A stretch of 64,000 nucleotides of DNA, taken from NCBI GenBank assembly GCA_019058245.1, contig JAHPZJ010000014.1, positions 32,001 to 96,000 of the forward strand, in the 5' to 3' direction. The DNA comes from Promethearchaeota archaeon. Its GTDB lineage: Archaea; Asgardarchaeota; Lokiarchaeia; Sigyniarchaeales; SOKP01. The translations under genes and the position numbers were made by a program. Each line of letters starts with the position of its first letter. The first letter of the stretch is position 1. Positions 59,507 through 64,000 of this stretch are shown piece by piece. Under the pieces are notes generated by a model. That model was not told the origin of the DNA. It did no database searches and saw nothing but the letters and a program-made list of their open reading frames with translations.

Positions 59507-60127
59507 ATGGGAGAAGATAATAATATTCCAGAAAATAATACCAAAATCGAATCTGAGCTTTTCGCTCTAGTAAAATCTATAACAAACCTAAACAAAAAAT
59601 ATCAAAAAGGTATAGTGAATGATAATTTTTTTAGGAAGGCTTTAAAAAACACAATGAATAATTTAGTAAAGCTACATATGATTTTAAAAGAAAAAAATAT
59701 TCAGATGACAGGACTCTTACAAAAAATGAACCTTTCTCAAGAATACAACTCGATAATAGAAATCATAAATCACATGTCTTCTCTAAGTGTAACTGATAAT
59801 ACTGATGAGATAAAAAATAGAACATTTTTAGAATTGCCTGGTATTACCTCAGAAATCACCTCATCATTTATAACACTTATGGATGCATTAACATTAGATG
59901 GATTAAGAAAGAAAGATTTAATTTTGAGATTATTTGAAGAATTAAATCAAAGTTTAAATAATTTTCCTGGATTAGATGATATTTTATCTGAAAGCAGGTC
60001 AATTCAAAAAAAAATTCAGTCTCATTTTGATGAATTTGGTGTAGATACAACCTTGAAGAAGGAAGTAATAGATAATCTTTATCTATTATTTAAAGAATTT
60101 CAAAACAGGTTAAATCTAAAATCGTAA
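59507..60127 (+). CDS. vps28: Vps28-like ESCRT-I subunit
   Basis: N-terminal SELFALVK…L.KKY.KG; C-terminal TSEITSSFITLMDAL.L matching the Vps28 FITxMDxL signature. Confidence 0.72.
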   Translation: MGEDNNIPENNTKIESELFALVKSITNLNKKYQKGIVNDNFFRKALKNTMNNLVKLHMILKEKNIQMTGLLQKMNLSQEYNSIIEIINHMSSLSVTDNTDEIKNRTFLELPGITSEITSSFITLMDALTLDGLRKKDLILRLFEELNQSLNNFPGLDDILSESRSIQKKIQSHFDEFGVDTTLKKEVIDNLYLLFKEFQNRLNLKS

Positions 60128-60212
60128 ATAAAATAATAAAATTAATATTTTTTTAGTAATTTAAATCCATAGAAACTTAATATTCAATACAGAAAAAAAA
60201 AAGGTAATATCA

Positions 60213-60482
60213 ATTCCACGTCCCGGCTTACGATCAAAAGCTCAAGCAAGAAAAAAATTGAGTACTCCAGGGAATAAAAATGTTACTCATTACTGGAGAA
60301 AAAAACCTGAAAGAGCAAAATGTGCAATTTGCAAGAAGCCACTACAGTCAGTTCCAAGATTAAGACCTTCTAAAATGGTAAAAACGCAAAAAACAGCAAG
60401 AAGAGCAAATAGAGTGGAAAGTGGAAGGTATTGTGCAAAATGTCTCCAAACCTTGATAAAAGAAGAAATTTGGAGTCAGTAA
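60213..60482 (+). CDS. rpl34e: 50S ribosomal protein eL34; probable ATT start
   Basis: (M)PRPGLRS…TPG…HY…AKCAIC..PL..V…R..G..CAKC; the conserved PRP N-terminus lies upstream of the TTG used by the ORF track. Confidence 0.93.
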   Translation: MPRPGLRSKAQARKKLSTPGNKNVTHYWRKKPERAKCAICKKPLQSVPRLRPSKMVKTQKTARRANRVESGRYCAKCLQTLIKEEIWSQ

Positions 60483-60542
60483 TTAATATCTACTATTCTC
60501 GATAATCAAAGTTATTTTCAGTAAAAATTATACGTCATAACT

Positions 60543-61088
60543 ATGATCTTATCCATTTCAGGTCTTCATGGAACTGGAAAATCTACAATTGGAAAGTTAT
60601 TAGCTGCAAAATTGGGATTTCAATATTATAGCACTGGTCAGGCTTTTAGAGACTTAGCTCAAGATATGAATATGACATTAGAAGAATTTTCAAAATTTGT
60701 GGAAAAGAACCCTGAAATCGATAAAGATTTCGATAATAAAATAATAAAAATTGCTCAAGAAGGAAATATCATTGTTGATAGTCAACTAAGTGGACACCTC
60801 CTAAAATCTATTGCTGACTTTAAAATTATGTTAATTTGTCCTGTAGAAATCAGAGTTAAACGAATGGCTGAAAGAGATGGCACTTCATACCAACAAAAGT
60901 TAAAAGAAACTCAATTACGAGAGAAATCGGAACTAGAGCGATTTAAACATCTCTATAATATAGATTTAAGTGATCAAAAGGAAATCAAAAAACTCTATAA
61001 CATAATTATAAATACTGAACCTCTCACTATTGAAGAAATTATAGAAAAGATAATCTTAGCTTTAGAAGAGAATAAATTAATTACTTAG
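60543..61088 (+). CDS. cmk: Cytidylate kinase (archaeal type)
   Basis: ISGLHGTGKST, STG.AFR, ID…D, RMAERD, RF…YNID; rpl34e-cmk-rpl14e synteny. Confidence 0.9.
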   Translation: MILSISGLHGTGKSTIGKLLAAKLGFQYYSTGQAFRDLAQDMNMTLEEFSKFVEKNPEIDKDFDNKIIKIAQEGNIIVDSQLSGHLLKSIADFKIMLICPVEIRVKRMAERDGTSYQQKLKETQLREKSELERFKHLYNIDLSDQKEIKKLYNIIINTEPLTIEEIIEKIILALEENKLIT

Positions 61089-61216
61089 TTTTAAAAATCA
61101 TAAAAATTTTATTCTTGTTAATATTTTTTAAAACACTAAAAATTGTATTTGTATACTGGTGATGTTAAATAACCAGTTATAAATAAGTATCTAAAAATAA
61201 TTTGGTGACAAATTAT

Positions 61217-61489
61217 ATGAGTGTATATGATATTGGAAGATTATGCGTAAAAACTATGGGAAGAGAAGCAGGGCATTATTGTGTCATTGTTGATATAATA
61301 GATAAAAATTACCTGCTAATTGATGGTTTAAAGGTTCGAAGAAGAAGAGTGAATTATAACCACATAGAACCAATAGCAGATGTATTGGACATTAAAAAAG
61401 GTGCTTCACACGATCAGGTAGAAGCGGCGATTAAAAAAGCTAAATTAAAAAAAAAAATGAGTGAAACTGTATCTATCCCCATCAAATAA
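61217..61489 (+). CDS. rpl14e: 50S ribosomal protein eL14
   Basis: IGRLCVK..GREAG..CVIVDIID, VRRRRVN..HIEP. Confidence 0.94.
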   Translation: MSVYDIGRLCVKTMGREAGHYCVIVDIIDKNYLLIDGLKVRRRRVNYNHIEPIADVLDIKKGASHDQVEAAIKKAKLKKKMSETVSIPIK

Positions 61490-61539
61490 ATTAATAAATT
61501 CGCATCCCAAATATTCTTTTATTCATTATTTTTTTTATT

Positions 61540-61670
61540 GCAACGGTTGCCTAGCCCGGTACGGCGCCGGCTTGGAGATAAATTCTTCCCAAAAAGCCGG
61601 TGTGGGTATCCACTCGGGGGTTCGAGCTATGAGGAAATTCTTCTTATAGGAATAAATCCCTCCCGTTGCG
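61540..61670 (+). tRNA. tRNA-Ser (GGA) with two introns (61578-61594 at canonical 37/38; 61626-61655 in the T loop)
   Basis: Acceptor GCAACGG/CCGTTGC, anticodon stem CCGGC/GCCGG with GGA at 61574-61576, long variable arm GTGG-GTAT-CCAC, G73; BHB helices TTGG/CCAA and GTTC/GAAT. Confidence 0.9.
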
Positions 61671-61697
61671 TTTTTCTATTTGTATATCCGAAAAATC

Positions 61698-62303
61698 TTA
61701 CACGTCCGGAAATTCCAAAGCTTTTGCTTTTTGTCCCGCAAACATGCCGCCCATTCCTCCAGAAGCTTGAGATTGAATCTTCAATAATCTTTGAATAAAC
61801 GTATTGATTCCCAATGAACATAAAAAATACCATGCTGTAAAATTAATCCAAATTTTTCCCGCACTTATAAGACCTCCAATAAGAGGAATATCGTTTGCAT
61901 GCATCGGAGAAAGTGCCACCGGATGTCTCCCAAAAACAACCGAGTTCAAAATTCCAAAAATTATTATCATTGGAAGAAACGTTACACAAGAAGGCTTTAA
62001 TCTTTGAAGTGACATCCGTTGCTGGGTTTTCTTGACCATAATATCTTTACGTTCCCATCTTTTTCGAGCTTTTCTATATCGTTCAGGGTCGGTCTCTGCT
62101 AAATCAATTATCTTTTGTTTTTCTTCGTCATGTGCTTTGATTAATGCTTGTTTACGGTTAGTTTCTTCTGTGTCAACTAACCATTTGGTTAAAAATGTGC
62201 TAATTAGTGCAGTTGCTGTAGATAGCAGTAATACAAATAGCATTGAACCAGGGGGCGTTCCTATCAAATTCACAAAGTCATTTTCAAAAAATAAAGATAA
62301 CAT
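61698..62303 (-). CDS. EMC3/TMCO1 (DUF106) Oxa1-superfamily membrane insertase
   Basis: TM-coiled coil-TM topology, KP..VTFLP, WYFLCS; follows secY. Confidence 0.85.
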   Translation of the reverse strand: MLSLFFENDFVNLIGTPPGSMLFVLLLSTATALISTFLTKWLVDTEETNRKQALIKAHDEEKQKIIDLAETDPERYRKARKRWERKDIMVKKTQQRMSLQRLKPSCVTFLPMIIIFGILNSVVFGRHPVALSPMHANDIPLIGGLISAGKIWINFTAWYFLCSLGINTFIQRLLKIQSQASGGMGGMFAGQKAKALEFPDV

Positions 62304-62474
62304 CTCTATCTGTATTTATATTGGAATTATTATAAAGTTTTCATAATATAGGCTATTCTTCTTGAAATGGAGAGTAATTAATTAATATGGATTTATCACT
62401 CTTTTTAATCATAGTTATTATTGTATCTAGAATATTCTTATCAAATTAATCAGTAATAAGTATAAAGATGTTAA

Positions 62475-63965
62475 TTAATCCATGCCAAGCAATGCACGCA
62501 TGCCAGGATACTGACTCGCAGCTAACTCCTTCGATATCGTCTCTGCATAATTATGGATTATCCCTATAGCGATCAAAAGCCCCGTACCTGAAGTCAATGC
62601 ACCTAATGAATCTGCCGAGAAACTTAAGATTGCGATAATTATTCCGTTGAGAATAACTAAAGTAGGGATGTACCGCTTAAGAATTCGCTCGATGATTTTG
62701 GATGAGCTCCTAAACCCAGGAACCTGCATTTTCGAATCTAATATTTGCTGAGCTATATCTCTCGGTGCAAGACCCGAGACTTCGACCCAGACACGACCGA
62801 GTACTATACAAAGGTATATAAATATAACAAGATATATCAGTGCTTTCGCTGGGTAATCAATTAACTGCTGATATCCCAATGGTGGAGTCAGTAACCAAAC
62901 CAAACCCCCATAAGGCACTAATTGATTTCCTTGACCTCCACCTCCGGCTGATACAGAATGAAATTTCCCTATTAAATCAACCCAAAAATCAGGGACGCCC
63001 CACGAACGTAACCAACCCGATGGTCCAGCCAATAATTGCCCAAAAAATAAAATGTTCGCATATAATGCATTAACTAAAATAACCGGTATATTGGAAACAT
63101 ACAGGAGTTTCATTGGATATTTTCCCTTAAAACCTCGATAGCCTCGATATGCAAGTGGGATCTCAACGCGCGTAGATTCGAACCATATTACTAATAAAAA
63201 GATAACTATAGTGGAAATTATGCCTAAAAGTGAGGGCAACCGTGATCCCCGTAAAAAAAGCCCTCCTACATTCGTCCTAGAATCTCCATCAAATATGGCA
63301 GTAAAAAATGCGATAACAATTCCTCTGGGAAGATAGACATTCGGAATACCTTCAACCTGAGTGGGAGCAAAACTAAAACAGTTCCAAAATATTTGACCAG
63401 CAACTCCTGCCGCGATAAATAGAGAAACTCCACTCCCTAATCCCCATCCTTTTTGAAGAACCTCATCTAAGAGAATAATAACTATTCCTGCAAATAATAA
63501 CTGGAAAAAAATAAAAAATGCATTATCTAATCCTAATTCGTTCGCCTTACCAAAAGCCCCTCCTATAATATAGGAAACTGCATTAAAGATTGTCAAAAAA
63601 ACCGACATAACCTTTTGTGCTCCACTAAACATAGCTCTATCGTACGGATCAGACATATTTACATTTATTAACTTTGATCCCATAAGCAATTGCATGATAA
63701 GACCCGCTGTGACTATTGGTCCTATCCCTAATTCTGTTAAAGTGCCTCTCTGACTTGCTAGAATAACTCGAAGCCAATAAAAGTAATCTGTTGATTGTGC
63801 TAGATTTACTCCATATAAAGGAATATTACTCATTATCAAATAAATAATAAGGACAACAGCAGTCCAAATAAATTTCTCCTTAAAAGAAACCTCACGCTGT
63901 GGTTGTTTAATTTCGGGCATTACTTTTACAAAAGGGGTAAAGAACCTAAGAAATTTACCAGCCAT
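62475..63965 (-). CDS. secY: Preprotein translocase SecY / Sec61-alpha
   Basis: KFIWT, GTLTELGIGPIVTAGLIMQLL, KGWGLGSGVSLFIA, YPMKLLYVSNIP, RYIP, GTGLLIA. Confidence 0.97.
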   Translation of the reverse strand: MAGKFLRFFTPFVKVMPEIKQPQREVSFKEKFIWTAVVLIIYLIMSNIPLYGVNLAQSTDYFYWLRVILASQRGTLTELGIGPIVTAGLIMQLLMGSKLINVNMSDPYDRAMFSGAQKVMSVFLTIFNAVSYIIGGAFGKANELGLDNAFFIFFQLLFAGIVIILLDEVLQKGWGLGSGVSLFIAAGVAGQIFWNCFSFAPTQVEGIPNVYLPRGIVIAFFTAIFDGDSRTNVGGLFLRGSRLPSLLGIISTIVIFLLVIWFESTRVEIPLAYRGYRGFKGKYPMKLLYVSNIPVILVNALYANILFFGQLLAGPSGWLRSWGVPDFWVDLIGKFHSVSAGGGGQGNQLVPYGGLVWLLTPPLGYQQLIDYPAKALIYLVIFIYLCIVLGRVWVEVSGLAPRDIAQQILDSKMQVPGFRSSSKIIERILKRYIPTLVILNGIIIAILSFSADSLGALTSGTGLLIAIGIIHNYAETISKELAASQYPGMRALLGMD

Positions 63966-64000
63966 AGTTTATCAATAGTGTGAGTCAATTAAATAATTTG

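Noticed and set aside
61461-61833. Short ORFs 61461-61649, 61538-61798 and 61627-61833
   Set aside because: They overlap tRNA-Ser and the antisense of the DUF106 gene; spurious
339-63073. Numerous 60-145 aa ORFs antisense to or nested in long genes
   Set aside because: Shadow frames of well-supported genes, with no motifs
1-64000. Selenoprotein genes or SECIS elements in the window
   Set aside because: The TGA-ending ORFs I checked end at their expected family termini, and I recognised no SECIS by eye; a formal search was not possible
1-64000. CRISPR arrays, rRNA genes, integrase or transposase genes
   Set aside because: No regularly spaced repeats, no long GC-rich structural RNA and no recombinase motifs seen

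Overview
AT-rich archaeal chromosome segment, almost certainly Asgard (Lokiarchaeia-like). The evidence is archaeal/eukaryote-type ribosomal proteins, BHB-intron tRNAs, Sec machinery and eukaryotic-signature genes (Vps28, Roadblock, OSTC/OST3-like, Yip1). It holds an opp/dpp ABC operon, an RNA-modification/RecA-paralog cluster, the S10-spc ribosomal protein cluster, an ECF S-component/DUF4430 pair, selB, tRNA-Sec plus SepSecS, and secY/EMC3. Main signals not visible in the ORF track: (1) a tRNA-Ile with the rare UAU anticodon, split by four bulge-helix-bulge introns; (2) tRNA-Sec and tRNA-Ser genes with two introns each; (3) a ~4.7 kb integrase-less island inserted into the 3' end of rps4e, which supplies a replacement C-terminus and strands a second eS4 C-terminus in front of rpl5; (4) a two-gene cassette inside the island, bracketed by 109-bp inverted repeats; (5) three ribosomal protein genes whose conserved N-termini need ATA/ATT start codons; (6) a triplicated palindromic motif between probable cobalamin-uptake genes. 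All protein calls come from motif recognition by eye, not from database searches.
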